A stretch of DNA of 64,000 nucleotides from NCBI RefSeq assembly GCF_006345805.1, contig NC_043005.1, positions 6,386,001 to 6,450,000 on the forward strand, written 5' to 3'. The notes below the pieces were generated by a model, which saw only the letters and a program-made list of their open reading frames with translations, ran no database searches and was not told where the DNA came from. Each line of letters starts with the position of its first letter. Positions within the stretch are counted from its first letter, which is position 1. The stretch comes from Octopus sinensis (lineage: Eukaryota). Positions 25,706-39,980 of the stretch are shown here, piece by piece. The translations under genes and the position numbers were made by a program.

Positions 25706-26823
25706 GTGGGGGTAGCACCAGTCTGTAGTGATACGAAAACAACTTGGCCACTTGGGTATTTATAGCAGTTAGCTGCACCTCGTCATTGGTTGGTATTTAA
25801 AACTTGGCTTAGGTTAGGCCAGGACCTCAGGAATGAAGTCTCTTCGCCAGATAACACTGCATAGTGGAGATATAAAACAATCCCGCACCTCAACCCGCGA
25901 ACAGCAACCGCCTCCGCCAGCATATTTAGACGTTCTGTCTATCCTAACCAACCAGCCACGGTTCAATTCCCGAGTTAAGAAGCTTTAAAGAACCAACACA
26001 AAAAGAAACAAGTTGTAAATCCGAGTGAGTGAACGAGCGAAAGCAGCATTCAACACATTTGGCAGGAGTTGCTTCTCGGCACGCAATAAGATGGGACGTG
26101 TCCTACGCACCCATGAAACTTCGAGTGATGTGGAGCTGAGTCAAACTGTGTTACATATATAATGAACAATATGCGGATTAGGACGCAGCAAACGGTTCAG
26201 CATCAAATTCCTATACTCCACGCAATACGTGTCCAATCATGACACCGGAGGATTGGCTAAAATGCCAAGTCTGATCCACGTAATAGAATGAGGAACGTAG
26301 AAAATATTACTTTATGCTTTAATACATTCATGTTCCAATGAGCCGACAGCACACTTCTGGAGAATCTCGACTAAAACGTTAACTCAGACATCCGCAACGC
26401 ACAGAATGTTCGTCCCTTTGAGTCACCTTTGCAATTTTACAGCTGCCTGTGTGTCTGTGTGCATATCTTGTATCTTTTACTTGTTTCAGTCATTATACTG
26501 CGGCCATGCTGGGGTACCGCCTTGAAGAATTTTAGTCAACCGAATCTACCGCGGTGCTTACTTTTTTGTTAAGACTACTTTTTCTATCGGTCTCTTTTGC
26601 CAAACCGTTAATTTGTATGGGTGGGGATAGCACCAGTCGGTACGTGTGTGCGTGTGTTGCTTTCGTTTACGCCACCAATACTGGTTGTTAAGCGGTGGTG
26701 GAGGACAAACACACACATTGATGTTTGTTTTTACGTTCAGTTATAATAAAACCAATTTTACATTAATCTGATGGGTCATTCTATACTTTTGTAGAGCAAA
26801 AAGTTTTTATTTTTATGCAAGAA

Positions 26824-27338
26824 CTAGCAGCATAGCCCGGCATTGCCCGGGTATGTAAGAGCCCCTGGAGCGGACATGATGCTCGCTGTGAATATTAAAA
26901 AAATTCCTGCCAATTTGTGAAAGATATTGTCGAAAATATGTCATCTTGAATTTGAACGCGATTTCCCAAAATGGCATGATTTTATCGATTTTTTCTGATG
27001 GTAAGGTATTGCATGGAAACCTAACGTCAGAATTAAGTTTCTTAGGGTAACATTAAGCTTCACCATGAGTTTGGTGAAAATCGATTGCAAGTTGCGAAAA
27101 CTACAACAGAAAATGTGTTGCAAATAAAAAGCTTAGATTCTCGACCCCCATGTCGAATTTATCAATTTTTTCAGAACTGGGGGAACTTTTCAACATTTTC
27201 GCTGCGTTCGTTTTGAATTATGACATTGGGCTATGTGTGTGTTAAATTTCATCAGAATCGGTTGAAAGCCGTGGTCAGGGTGAGGGTACAACCTGACAGA
27301 CACACAGACAGACAAACTGCCGTTTATATAGAGAGAGA
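26824..27338 (-). mobile_element. Non-autonomous Helitron, complete
   Basis: Minus strand reads A|TCTCTCTCTATATAAACGGCAG ... CCCGGGCAATGCCGGG hairpin ... CTAG|T. Inserted between A and T with no TSD. Confidence 0.85.
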
Positions 27339-27903
27339 TATCGTTGACAGTTACTTCGAAGTTTCGGCCACCTACGTACACGAAGGGCTTCTTTCAGTTT
27401 CCGTCAACCAAATCCACTCACTAGACTTTGGTTGCCTCGAGGCTATAGTAGAAGACACTTGCCCAAGGTGCCACAGAGTGGGACTGAACCCAGAACTAAG
27501 TGGTTGGGAAGCAAGCTTCTTACCACACAGCCACGCCTATGAATATATACGGGTGCGCGCGCGCGTGTGTGTGTGTGTGTGTGTGTGCGCGCGCATGTGT
27601 GTAGGGAACTGATAGCTACAACAGGATAATATATTTCAATCCATAGATAGAGCTAATAATGAACTTTTCTCGGTGTCTTCGACGTATACTTATTCCTGTT
27701 TTAGAGGTGTGTGTGTGTGCGTGTGTGTGTGTGTGTGCGTGTGTGTTTGTGTGTGTGTGTCTGAGTGATATATTACAAATGAATGACTGTGATAGATAAG
27801 TGAAGTGGATGAATGGCAAGACTGATGCGGCGTCTGTACGAGACGGATTGGGTGGGCGTGTGACGAGAATTCAGATGTACGAAGAAACGGGTATATATAT
27901 GTA

Positions 27904-27962
<59 letters not shown>

Positions 27963-28324
27963 AGAGATTAGATAATTGGTGGTAGATGGAGAGGTGTTCT
28001 GATAAATTTAGCGGCCGGGTATAATTGGAAGGGTGGCAGATTGCTATCGGGGTAGATCCTGTGGGTAGGGGTGACTGGCTGATGAAAATGCAACGGGTGG
28101 GTGTGACAGAAGTATGAATATGTATGTGTGCGTATGTGCGCGTCTACATGTAAATGTGTGTGCGTATATATAATTGTGTGTGTGTGTGTGTGTATGTGTG
28201 TGAATGTCTACATGTGTATGTCCGTATGTATGTAGATATGTACATATATATGCATGTATGTACTCATGTGCGTATGTATGTTTGTATGCACATGTGCATT
28301 TACACACATGTTTTATGTATATGA

Positions 28325-28360
<36 letters not shown>

Positions 28361-29322
28361 ATGTGTATGTGTGAATGCATGCATTTATATATGTGCCTGT
28401 ATACGTATGTACACAAGCTTGTTGATATGTGATTAAGCATATATGTATGCGAATATGTACGCATGTGTGTATATATACACGTACGCACACACGCACGCGC
28501 ACACACGCACACACACACACAGAACGAAAAGCCGGGTGCGTAGTATTCCTATCAATGTATTCCTATCTACAGAATACACTTACCAAGGAGACGACCATGA
28601 CAGTTAAGTCCTTTGTCAAACACCGTTTTGCAATAAAATCTGGTCCGATATGAGTTTTTGGGGATCAAATGTTATCAACAACGATGTTATCTCTCATTAC
28701 AGCGAGGACCAATAAAACAAAACAAAACAAAACAAAACAAAAGAAAACCCAAGATGCGGGACTTGGGTTCATTCGTCGCCTAGCTTATCATAATGTTTGC
28801 ATCCATCCAAGTACGTCACTAGTTCCTTATTTTACCGACCCTGGAAGAGTAAAAGACAAAATTGACCGTTAAGATCCGGAACAACTATTATAAAACACAT
28901 CTCTGACGATTTTGCCATTTGTACCAATTCCTCTACAAAGTGATTCCATCATCCCGGTTAAAAGCAGTGAAATGTGAGAGAGAAAACAAGGAAAGGAGAT
29001 AGTCCTGACTTCAACGAAGCAACTGAGTTTGTACTGAGTTTTAAGTCCTGCTTCTCTTATCGATAAAAATAGTGATAGAACTGGGACGCCGTTAACCCAG
29101 TCGCGCTGAATTCCCCCTCGTTATAATGGGAATAGATTAAATGCCATCTCTGCCGGATTCCCGGTAAAGTCGTAACGAACAACATACACAGAAAAAAAGA
29201 TACAGTCCATAAGTTTGCCTGCAGTCGTTACTCTTGATCTGTCTATGCAACTATTTATTTATTGCTCAGGAGCCCAGCTGGAGAGTAAAGTTAGACACTG
29301 GAGCCCAAGTCTGAGAGGATTA

Positions 29323-29848
29323 CCGTAAATCTTCGAGTATAGTCCGCCCTTGAGTATAATACGCAGGGGAATTTTAGCGGGATGTACCTCTGAAAAGCCT
29401 AAACCTTCTGTATAATACGCACCCCTTCTCTAACTTGAGTCGTGCGTAATTAAGCCAGCAGCACCTAGTCGAACAAACCCTTCCGCGCACGCGTAATACA
29501 ATAATGGTGATGTTCTTAATTGTTATATGGGAATGTAAATATGTTTGCAAATTGTTTTTGCTAGATGTTATTCTGTGTTCTGAATACTTTTATTTTAATA
29601 AATGTTGCTTACTGCAAGTTATGGATGATTCTTTTATGACTTCATTACTTTCAGGCTTAGCTTAATGTATTTTCGCGCCTGACATCACAAAATGCATCTG
29701 AATAAACATTGCCGGACAGCAAATAGAGACTCGGACATTGCTTAGAAAATAATTTTCATTTTTAACCTCGTATATAGTACGCACTAGGAATTTTGACCTT
29801 TAATTTTTTTTTTTGGGGGGGGGGCGGATTATACTCGAGGATTTACGG
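29323..29848. mobile_element. pogo-family MITE (short copy)
   Basis: TIRs CCGTAAATC(T)TCGAGTATAGTCCGCCC / GGGCGGATTATACTCGAGGATTTACGG with TA flanks; homologous to 53233-54079. Confidence 0.85.
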
Positions 29849-31157
29849 TAAGCAAGTATCACAAGTATTTCTGCTGATTACTGTTCAGGACGGCGCAAAG
29901 AGAGAATTGCAAAGAGACTTTCAGTCGTTTCTTTCCCACCTTCTTTCTTGTTTGAATATTTTGAGAAATTACACGAAGAATGGGAAAGACTGCGCACAAA
30001 GATTTGCTATGTGAAATAAAAATGAAGAAATTATACAACACACGACTGTTCCCTCTCTCTCTAAGCTGTGCACTTGTGCGCGGCACACAGAGGAAAATGT
30101 GCGGATAAAGTACTTTGAAGACCTGTGCAATTGTTTCTTTCGCACCGCCTTCGTGGGTGTTTGGGGGTTTTGTAAATGTACTCAGAAATGCGAAAAATTA
30201 CATTGGAAGGTTTCATAAAGACATGAGTCAAAAATGATAGAATTATCCGAGAAACAAAAGTGTGTTCGGCAAGCTGTGTGCACGTACATGTTTTGCAACT
30301 GCTGCACAGGAAAGGGGGGGGGAAATGTGCGCACACAAGGTTTTTCAAGATGAAATCGAATTTTTATCTGAAGAAATTTGAGCAATGGTTACTCGCATGG
30401 CTGCGCATATGTTTTGCAAAGAAAAACAAAATTTGCACACACTGCAAAATTCTGCGCCCCACACGCAGAGAAAAAGAGATTGAAAGGAAGCATTAGATTA
30501 GACTGTACTTTCTTAAATCGAGCAGATCTGAGTTAGGAGGATGGAGTCGGGGGTGGAGTCAGTCGACAGTCAGTCAGTCACTCAACTTCAGTCAAATAAC
30601 TCATTTCTCAGTAACGGAGAATGTTAAGTGTCTGAAAGCGAGGAAGATGGGTGGAATATTGTGTGTAAAAGTGTCAAGTCATAAGCAGAAAATAAACACA
30701 CATTCACTCGTCTACGCACAAACACATATTGCATGAATAAACACACACACGCACACAGCATATTATATATACATATATATACATAATCCGAAACGCAACA
30801 CATTTGTTTCCACACTATAAACTTTCAGATCCACTCAGCAACGTTGCACCAACCACACTCACCACAGCACACACACACACACACACACGCGCACACACAC
30901 ACACACAATGACACGCGCCCGCAACACTGAGCTCTTTAAAGTTATCTCTTCATATTTTCTACAGAAATTAGCCCCATCACTCAACTGTTGCGGCGTTTCG
31001 TATACGAATATGTCTAATGTTTACAAATCAATGCTGGCTCTAATTTCCATAGGAAATCTGTGAAGTTAACTTGAAAAAGTGATTTAATAGCACTGCGGAC
31101 ACGGGTGGAGCACAGTGTTCACTTATAAGCCTTTAATATACTTACAAGTCATTTAAT

Positions 31158-31577
31158 CTCTTTATTGCCCACAGGCGGGGGGCTAAACACAGAGGGGACA
31201 AACAAGGGCTGACAAAAGGATTAAGTCGATTACATCGACCCCAGTGCGCAACTGGTACTTATTTAATCGACTCCGAAAGGATAAAAGGCAAAGTCGACCT
31301 CGGGGGAATTTGAAGTCAGAACGTAACGGCAGACGAAATACCTATTTCTTTACTACCCACAAGGGGCTAAACACAGAGGGGACAAACAAGGGCTGACAAA
31401 AGGATTAAGTCGATTACATCGACCCCAGTGCTTGACTGGTACTTATTTAATCGACCCCAAAAGGATAAAAGGCAAAGTCGACCTCGGCGGAATTTGAACT
31501 CAAAACGTAACAGCAGCCGAAATACCGCTAAGCATTTCTTCCGGCGTGCTTACCATTCTGCCAGATCGTCGCCCTTA
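31158..31577 (-). mobile_element. SINE-A dimer
   Basis: Two body units joined at AAAGAAATAG|GTATTTCG; TSD degenerate. Confidence 0.88.
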
Positions 31578-32274
31578 GACTTATAAGTATATTGCATATT
31601 ATATTATGGTTGCCTAATGAAATACGGTGTCCCTTCCTGCAATTAACAATACTACGCTTAATAAACACACCCCATGTAACACATAACACACAGCACGCAG
31701 CATGACATAAATAGTGGGGGCCATTTATTCATCTGAAACTTCTTCGAGACGGTGCTGCAGTATGGCCGCAGTCTAATGACTGAAACAGGCAAAAGGTTGA
31801 AGAAAAAAGATACCGTCTAAAAAAGAAACACGCATGGAAACTGTTTTCCTTGTTTATTGGGTAAAACCGGGATAGTCATGGCTGGAATACTTTTGATCAC
31901 AGATCTCCTCAATCAGGTTTGATCCGGGGCTAAACGACAACAGGAACAGCAACTTTAGCAACCCCCAACACACCTCCTCCTCCTCCACCACCAGGTACAT
32001 TCCAGAACAGAAACGCAACACTAAACCGCCCCACCCCCTACACACACGCACACCACTCTAACCCGCAATACACACACCCACACACACACTCTCTCTCTCC
32101 GTCACCGACAGCTCCCCCCCCACACATATATATCGCTATAACACACACACACACAAACACACAGAGCACGTGCATAAGGACAACCATAATAATGACATCC
32201 ACCACACACACCTCACACTCTCAATCACACACACACATACACACACATATCACATATAGGCACACAAGCTCACA

Positions 32275-32311
<37 letters not shown>

Positions 32312-33071
32312 GCACACAGGCCGCTAGAAATTTCACTTATATAAAGATATATTTATATCCAACTGTTGACCTCACCGAAAACGCACACACACCCTCACAC
32401 ACTTCCATCTACAGACGCTTATATATCATTCCAGTTTCTTTCTAATCTTTTTCTTTCATTTGCATTTTTTCAGTCATAATTCAAAAAGATTCTAAATTCC
32501 TCCTTTCACTCTCTCATTTCTTCTGTCCATCCTATTTTTTTTTCTTTCGACTCTGATTGTGTCTTCTCCTTCAATTTCTAAAGCTCGCACACTTTTTATT
32601 CAAAAGCTATTTACATATTTGTACAAGCATGCATTAAACAACCCGGCACAGTAAGTCTAACGAGAGTTTAATTAACTCGTAATGCGGCGATCGAGTTCTA
32701 CTGTGCGCAGGGTTCATGTCATGATGACAGAGGCGCCGCCAAGAAGACCTGCTTACCATTCTGTCACAGCCATCTGCAAACATGATCTCGAAAATGAAAG
32801 TGTTTCATATCATATAAACACACAGCTGCAACGGATACCACACACACAATTTTTTTACTAGCTTCATCTTGTCTCTTTGTTTTCTCTCCGTGTTTGCGAT
32901 ATGGACAATTAAGGTGGTTTTAGAGTCAGATCATGGCTGCTATTTTCAGCATGGTGGTATCTCGTAGATACCCTAATTTATAATTTTAATAATTATTACC
33001 TTTGAAGGTTATTTTTTCCATGCTGGCCACTTGATAAAATCGTTATTTTATTTAAATTAACGATCTCATCC

Positions 33072-33130
<59 letters not shown>

Positions 33131-33279
33131 CTGATCGAATTGCATCTCGGTTCTATTTTAACAAAACTGTCCGACGAACAGCTTTTGTAAATTCTGTGCT
33201 ATTAAATAAAGTATATATATATGTGTGTGTGTGGTGTGTGTGTGTGTGTGGTGTGGTGTGTGGTGTGTGTGTGTGTGGA

Positions 33280-33317
<38 letters not shown>

Positions 33318-34097
33318 TGTGTGTGTGTATTTATGTATATATGCATATATCAAAGAAGAGTGAGGAGAGAAAGAGAGAGAATTTACGGGAAATTCTTAAA
33401 TTCTTCGTTTGAAATATGAGGGAAGATAAATTCAGTCAGTTTATGCCGTTGAAGCGTACATCTATTTCTAAGTGCAATTTGATTGAAGATTGTAGGACGT
33501 AAACACTACGCAGTCGTCTGATAATACAAGAGGTATATGGTTCGATTCCCATAGACAGTTGTTAACTTTTTCTTAATTTGTACGCTTATTATCATTGATC
33601 ATATCATTAAAATAAACTTCACATACATACATACATATATACACATATACATACAACCATATATACACATATTTCATTTTTATGATAAAAACTTTTGTAT
33701 GCACCAAAGTATGTCGTGACACTTTTGGCTGTTCTTGGTGTAGTCACACTTCATCACTCATCACTAAACAGTCTAAATATATACACAACCAATGCAGTAA
33801 AACGAGTGCGAACACACCATTACTACATTTATTGCAGACTCGTTAATACACAGATTCATAAAAACAGAAGCAATCACACGTAATCACAAACACATAAAAT
33901 ATTATGGACCACACCTGTATTACACCTGTGTTACACGGTGACTTCATCAAATGATTGTAAACGCTGCTTTGATTGCTTTTATCTCCATGCTCTTTTTTTC
34001 ACCTATTTCCTCAGACCAAATGGAGAAAGCAGTGAGAGATAAAAAAAAGAAAGCAAAAGCAAAAAAGTGTATCGAACGTCAGACTGTGAGTCTAAAG

Positions 34098-34198
34098 CAG
34101 CGGTCCTCAACAGGGGCCCACACGACCCTTTCGGGTTCCTTATAAGATTTCCTTGTTAAAATTTATCTGCAAATTAATTGGTTATATTTCTACTATAC
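34098..34198 (+). mobile_element. hAT-Charlie-like terminus, interrupted by a SINE
   Basis: CAGCGGTCCTCAACAGGGG start preceded by GTCTAAAG, close to the NTCTAGAN target; the other end was not found. Confidence 0.45.
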
Positions 34199-34420
34199 TC
34201 TTTTACTCTTTTACTTGTTTCAGTCATTTGACTGTGGCCATGCTGGGGCACCGCCTTTAGTCGAGCAAACTGACCCCAGGACTTATTCTTTGTAAGCCTA
34301 GTACTTATCCTATCGGTCTCTTTGCCGAACCGCTAAGTTACGGGGATGTAAACACACCAGGATCGGTTGTCAAGCGATGCTGGGGGACAAACAGACACAC
34401 AAACATATACACACATACAT
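34199..34420 (-). mobile_element. SINE-B 3' half
   Basis: Tail homology. Further partial copies lie at ~1530-1715, 15178-15345, 26475-26720, 27385-27540, 41900-42010, 48585-48730, 49345-49470, 52040-52220, 54175-54355, 60705-60810 and 63975-64000. Confidence 0.8.
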
Positions 34421-37033
34421 ACCTCTCTCTATATACTATACACAAAGTGTTTTAGCAGTTTCTTTTTTTTTATACAATCTTAATAATATTTAATTACAAA
34501 AGCATAATTGGATATTTTTAAATGCTAAGTGGTAGTTCAGTTCATTAGGGTGGAGCGGTGGAGCGTTGATTTCAGAATTAATCGTGGACAACATTATTTT
34601 TCTAAAAGAGAAACAATATAGTTTTTTTGTTTTTTTAATAGTTAAATTCATGTGCAACCAAAAGCGGGCATCGTGGACAAGCCTGCTCTTGTGTATGTGT
34701 ATTATTAAATGCAGGCGCAAAAGCGTTTGCGTTACTTATGTTGCGTTAAGTGTGTCCTATGCACAGCCAGAAAGCTAAACACACACACACACACATAGCA
34801 ATGTGTAGGCGAACATATTTTAGGAATATAAATAAACATGCAAAATGAAAGCATCTGCGTATAGTTTGTGTGTATTTGCGTATAGGTTTTGTAGGACAAA
34901 CAGGATAAACAGAACTTAATGCAGGCATGCAAGTGTGCGTGCGCGCGCGCGTGTTTATAATTCTTAATTGGTAGAAGTTACAAGGGAACTCGTCCTTTGA
35001 ATCGCATTGTACGTTTGAAAACACACATACACACAGACATACTATTGTTTACGTTGTATAAATTCCATGCAATTATGCTCCCGTCTCTTTTGTCGGTGAA
35101 GTCTATCAAAAAAATTTGCTCTTCACTCCTCAAAATGATCGTCTGCTGACATGGTAGAAAAAAATAGCATCTAATTTCTCTCAAAATGCAACCTACCATC
35201 CTAAAAATAGAAAGGACACATTGAACAATGTAGTCCTAGATAGACAGAAACATGCTAGGTCAAGGCAGCAACGGTTTGCATCATATGTTTTCTCAATCAG
35301 ATTTGACCTGCAGCTAAACAAATTATATTGCATAAATGGCTACGTTCGCTGTTGGCATAAGTACAGTTTAGTACCCCCAACCCAGCCACTCGACCTTGTA
35401 ATTTTCTGAAAAGTGCATATTTTTTAATGAAATTTTGTAGCGATACACTTTCGAGGGTGTACGTTATGATCATATTGATAAAATTAATCAAGATTTTTGA
35501 AGGGGTTTTTAATCGTTCTACCCAACACTCGAAATTGTTTCCTTTCTCTTTAAAACATATATTTTTAAATGGCATTTCGCAGTAATACGTTTTTGAAGAT
35601 GTAGATAACAGTTTTGTTGAGAAAATTTAATAAAAAAATTTATTAGTTTCCGATCCTTTTCCCTTCCTCCCGCCTCGACGATGTTACCACTAATTTCTGT
35701 AAACTTAACATTTCACCTTTCTTTTCAGATTGCTATGCTTAAAATATTTAAGGTCTTATCATTTGTGCTCTCTAAAACGTATTTCTGCAAAATGTCACTT
35801 AAACATATGCATTTAAAAGAGAATTAACAAAGCTAAAATGTTAAAGAGAGGAAATAAATCCGGGAGGGGATGAAAATTACTCAAAACTTCTTCAAACCCT
35901 TCAATTTTTCTTTTAATGCTATCAACATGATCGTAATCTACCCTCTTGAAAACAAAATTTCTTTAACAAAATACACATCTTTTCGAAAGCTATGCTCCAA
36001 GTCGACGTGGGCACTAATCTGTAAATGTACCCTTACTGTTTACCTCTGCATCAAAGCATCTCTCAACACGCAGATATGTCTGTACGAGACGTGTGTCTGC
36101 AGTTGCGTGTGACATAGCTGTGTGCAAAGTGGTACAGGAGGCATTTCGTGAAATATGCTGAAAGTGAAGTTGAGAGATACTTCACAACAAGAAGTTATTA
36201 GTCATATTTAACAGCAACAGCAGCAGTTTGTAAAATAAACTTCCATTGACAGATTGGATGTGTATGGGGGGTTGGTAGCGAAACACCCTCCAGAACGTAT
36301 TTGGTTATCTTCACGTCCTGGGTCCGGCTCCCGCCCGGCCACGTCTACGAAGCTTTTTACGTAGAGAGATCGATACCTTGAGCAACAATCAGTAAGATAA
36401 GTATTGGATGGTATAATGGTGTAGCGACACAATCGATATAATCAGCTACCCAACAACGAGAAGATATGGGCCACAGTTTCATGGCTGAAGGCAGTGGATC
36501 AAATTCCGCCGAGGTCGACATTGCTTTTTTGGGGGTCAATAAAATAAGTGCCGGTTGAGCACTGGGGTCGATGTAATCGACGAGTCTTCGCTCCCCAAAT
36601 TGCTGGCCTTTCGCCAAAATTAGAAGCCAACAGACACACGCACGCAGGCACGCAAGCATACAAACACACATACACAGTCACACACACACATTTCTCTTCA
36701 AATGTGTGAATGTAGATATTAACATGTACATGTGCAAATATATGCACAGATATTCGTTTATAAAATATATTTTTCGGTACTAATGTTTGTGGTGTGTGTG
36801 TGGAGAGAGAGAGAGAGAGAGAGGAGAGGAGAGAGAGAGATTGTATACACTATATGAGTGCGTTCAGTGTGTGTGTGTGTGTGCATAGTTCCTCATTGAA
36901 AGTTGTGTGCAAAACAGAAACTAAATTCAGGTCTCCTTTCGCTTAAGTATGGTCAATCACTCAGAATACACTGTGTATGTGTATATGTATGTGTGTATAT
37001 GTGTGTGTGTGTGCACGCGCACCCATGTATACA

Positions 37034-37067
<34 letters not shown>

Positions 37068-37511
37068 CATATATATATATGTGCGTGTGTGTGTGTGTGT
37101 GTAGGCATAACTCAACGTCGTTTCGGGTTACTTTTTCTTTCCTTTTTACATTTTTTAATTTCTTTTTTGTGTTTTCTGTTTTTTTGGGTTTTTTTGCAAA
37201 ATAAACCTCAACTTGAGTCGATTTATCCGACTTTACGTCTGTCTCAGTTAAAATGTTTAAAAGTATAAAAATTTTAGGGGGAAAAAAAAAGCACTTAAAC
37301 ACCAACACTGAAGTGAAAAATTCAAGGCGGGGCTGTGTGGTAAGAAGCTTGTTTCCCAACAACAAGGTTCCGGGTTCAGTCCCACAGCGTCTTACTCTCG
37401 GATGCCGATTTACAGCTGAGTCGACTGGAGCAACGAAGAAACGGAGTGTTTTGCTCAAGAACACCAGACGTCACTCGGGTCCAGAAATCGAAGCTAGACC
37501 TTGAGTGCAAC

Positions 37512-37689
37512 CAGGGCCGGCCCTAGGGTTGCTGGCGCTCCGGGCAAGGTGGACTTCGGCGTGTACAAGCTGACGGCCGTTGAAATTTCCTTGTCTTTGT
37601 CACCCCTTAACGCCTTAACTCCTTGGCGCCCCTTAACACAGGGCACCCCGGGCGACTGCCCGAGTTGTCGGAATCCTGAGCCGGCCCTG
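37512..37689. mobile_element. hAT MITE nested in a SINE-C head
   Basis: TIRs CAGGGCCGGC / GCCGGCCCTG; degenerate 8-bp TSD AGTGCAAC / AATACAAC. Confidence 0.8.
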
Positions 37690-38316
37690 AATACAACACC
37701 CTAACCACTATGCCATGTACCTACGCACACACCAATCGCCAATCAAACAAAATAACTACCCAGGTTCGATTTTCTATCAATAATACTTGTTTTCCATCAT
37801 TTACACACAAATACGCACACGCATGTATACATGCACACACACACATACATACATACATACATACATACATACATACATACATACATACAAAAATGTTGAT
37901 GTTAAAATTCCAATAAAGGAGCCTTGGATCGAGGTTAGAAACCGGCTCTTTCTCTATTCGTAAGACATCTTGAAATAAAACTGAACGATGACATACACAC
38001 ATTTATATACATGAACACACATACACGCACACATATACATATGCGTATCTATATGTTGATTATATACGTATGTATGTATGTATGTATGTATGTATGTATG
38101 TATGTATGTATGTATGTATGTATGTATGTATGTATGTATGTTTGTATGTATGTATGTATGTGTGTATGTATGTATGTATGTGTGTATGTATGTATGCATG
38201 TGTGTGTGTGTGTACTAGGATCGACCTGTTTCACTAAACACTTCAGTGCAACGACCCAGCTCGACCGCAGTCCAATGACTGTGACAAGTACATATAAATG
38301 TTAACACAAATGTGTG

Positions 38317-38366
<50 letters not shown>

Positions 38367-38478
38367 CTTATATGCATAATAAAACTTAACTATATATTAA
38401 ATAGTAAGACTGGAATAAGTAGCTTAGATTTTACACACACACATCTTAATGCACACGTATATATGTTGGTACCATACA

Positions 38479-38519
<41 letters not shown>

Positions 38520-38817
38520 TGTAGTGTGTGTGCGTTTGAATTTCAACACTATAATCTCATGAAAGACGAAAAGGTAGCGAGGTGCTGCTGTTATGAAACA
38601 AGCCCCACCACCATTCCTGCCGAACAACAACGGGAGATTCCCCCCCATAACCGCATTTTATCCCATCTGAAACGAAAGGTGTAAACAAAAAGCACACACA
38701 CACACACACACAACCTCGTATAAAAAAAAATGTATTTAATGGTCAGAAAGAAGAACAACAAAACCAAGGTTGAAAGACAAAAGCGAAAGAAAGTCGTTGA
38801 AGTTTTGAAGAACTTAC

Positions 38818-38993
38818 CAACTTGTTGCCTGGTCGATATGTACAGCCACAGAATATCCGAACATACTCCCATTCACACCTCTGTGGACGAAAAAATTCTC
38901 CACTTCCAAATTAAAACATTTTGTTAAGTCTGCTAAAAGTAATGTTATTAATGCCAACATCCAGGCAGTGGTAGATATTCGAAGGGTATCCAT
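38818..38993 (-). CDS. ITGA: Integrin alpha subunit, first coding exon (signal peptide + start of beta-propeller)
   Basis: Manual translation: MDTLRISTTAWMLALITLLLADLTKC/FNLEVENFFVHRGVNGSMFGYSVAVHIDQATS-TG|GTAAGT. There is an in-frame TAA just before the ATG, a hydrophobic signal peptide, an FNL(D/E) mature N-terminus and an FGYSV motif. The phase-2 donor falls in the Trp codon before the expected LLVGAP, where ITGA4/9-type exon 1 also ends. The paralogue cannot be assigned. Confidence 0.9.
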
Positions 38994-39539
38994 TTAGTCA
39001 AGGCCAGTTTTTAAAAAAAATGTACTTATCGAGACGAAGAATAAGTAGAAAATATCTAACTTCCTTCTCGAAACTAAATATTATATTATAATATCGCGAA
39101 GAAATAAATGAAAAAAACGAAAAAAGAGAGGGAGAGATAGAGAGAGAGAGAAATAAAGAAAAGGAAAGTTGTCTGGTACTTAGGGGGAAGAGTAGAGAGT
39201 GAGTGAGGGAGAGATAGTGTGAGTGAAAGATGGTGTGAGTGAGGGAGTGAGAGAATGAGGAAGAAGGAGAGAAAAGATTGGATGATGGCAGAGGCTGAGA
39301 AGAGAACAGAGACAGAATGAGTAAGAGAGAGAGAGAGAGAGAGAGAGGGAGGGAGGGTGGGGAAATGTGTGTGTCAGTGTGAGTGTGTCAGTGTGTGAAT
39401 GAACGAAGGAAGGCAGCAAGGAAGTGGATGTGATAGAGAGAGGCGGTAGGATTAGAAATAGACATGGTAGAAATGTGTGTTATATGTGATATAGTATGCA
39501 ATTGAAGATAAGAAAAAGAGAGATGGAGAGATACACAGA

Positions 39540-39571
39540 TGGATAGATAGAGATAGATAGACAGACAGAAG

Positions 39572-39621
<50 letters not shown>

Positions 39622-39795
39622 CAGACAGATAGATAGATAGATAGACAGACAGAAGGATAGATAGATAGATAGACAGACAGAAGGATAGATAGATAGATAG
39701 ACAGACAGAAGGATAGATAGATAGATAGACAGACAAAAGGATAGATAGATAGATAGACAGACAGAAGGATAGATAGATAGATAGACAGACAGAAG

Positions 39796-39829
<34 letters not shown>

Positions 39830-39888
39830 CAGACAGACAAAAGGATAGATAGATAGACAGACAGACAGCAGGATAGATAGATAGATAA

Positions 39889-39969
<81 letters not shown>

Positions 39970-39980
39970 CAGACAGACAA
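39540..39980. repeat. (GATA)n/(GACA)n with a ~28-bp higher-order unit
   Basis: GAAG(GATA)4(GACA)2-type unit repeated several times. Confidence 0.93.

Noticed and set aside
25745-26156. Possible solo LTR (TGT...ACA)
   Set aside because: No TSD, PBS/PPT or second copy.
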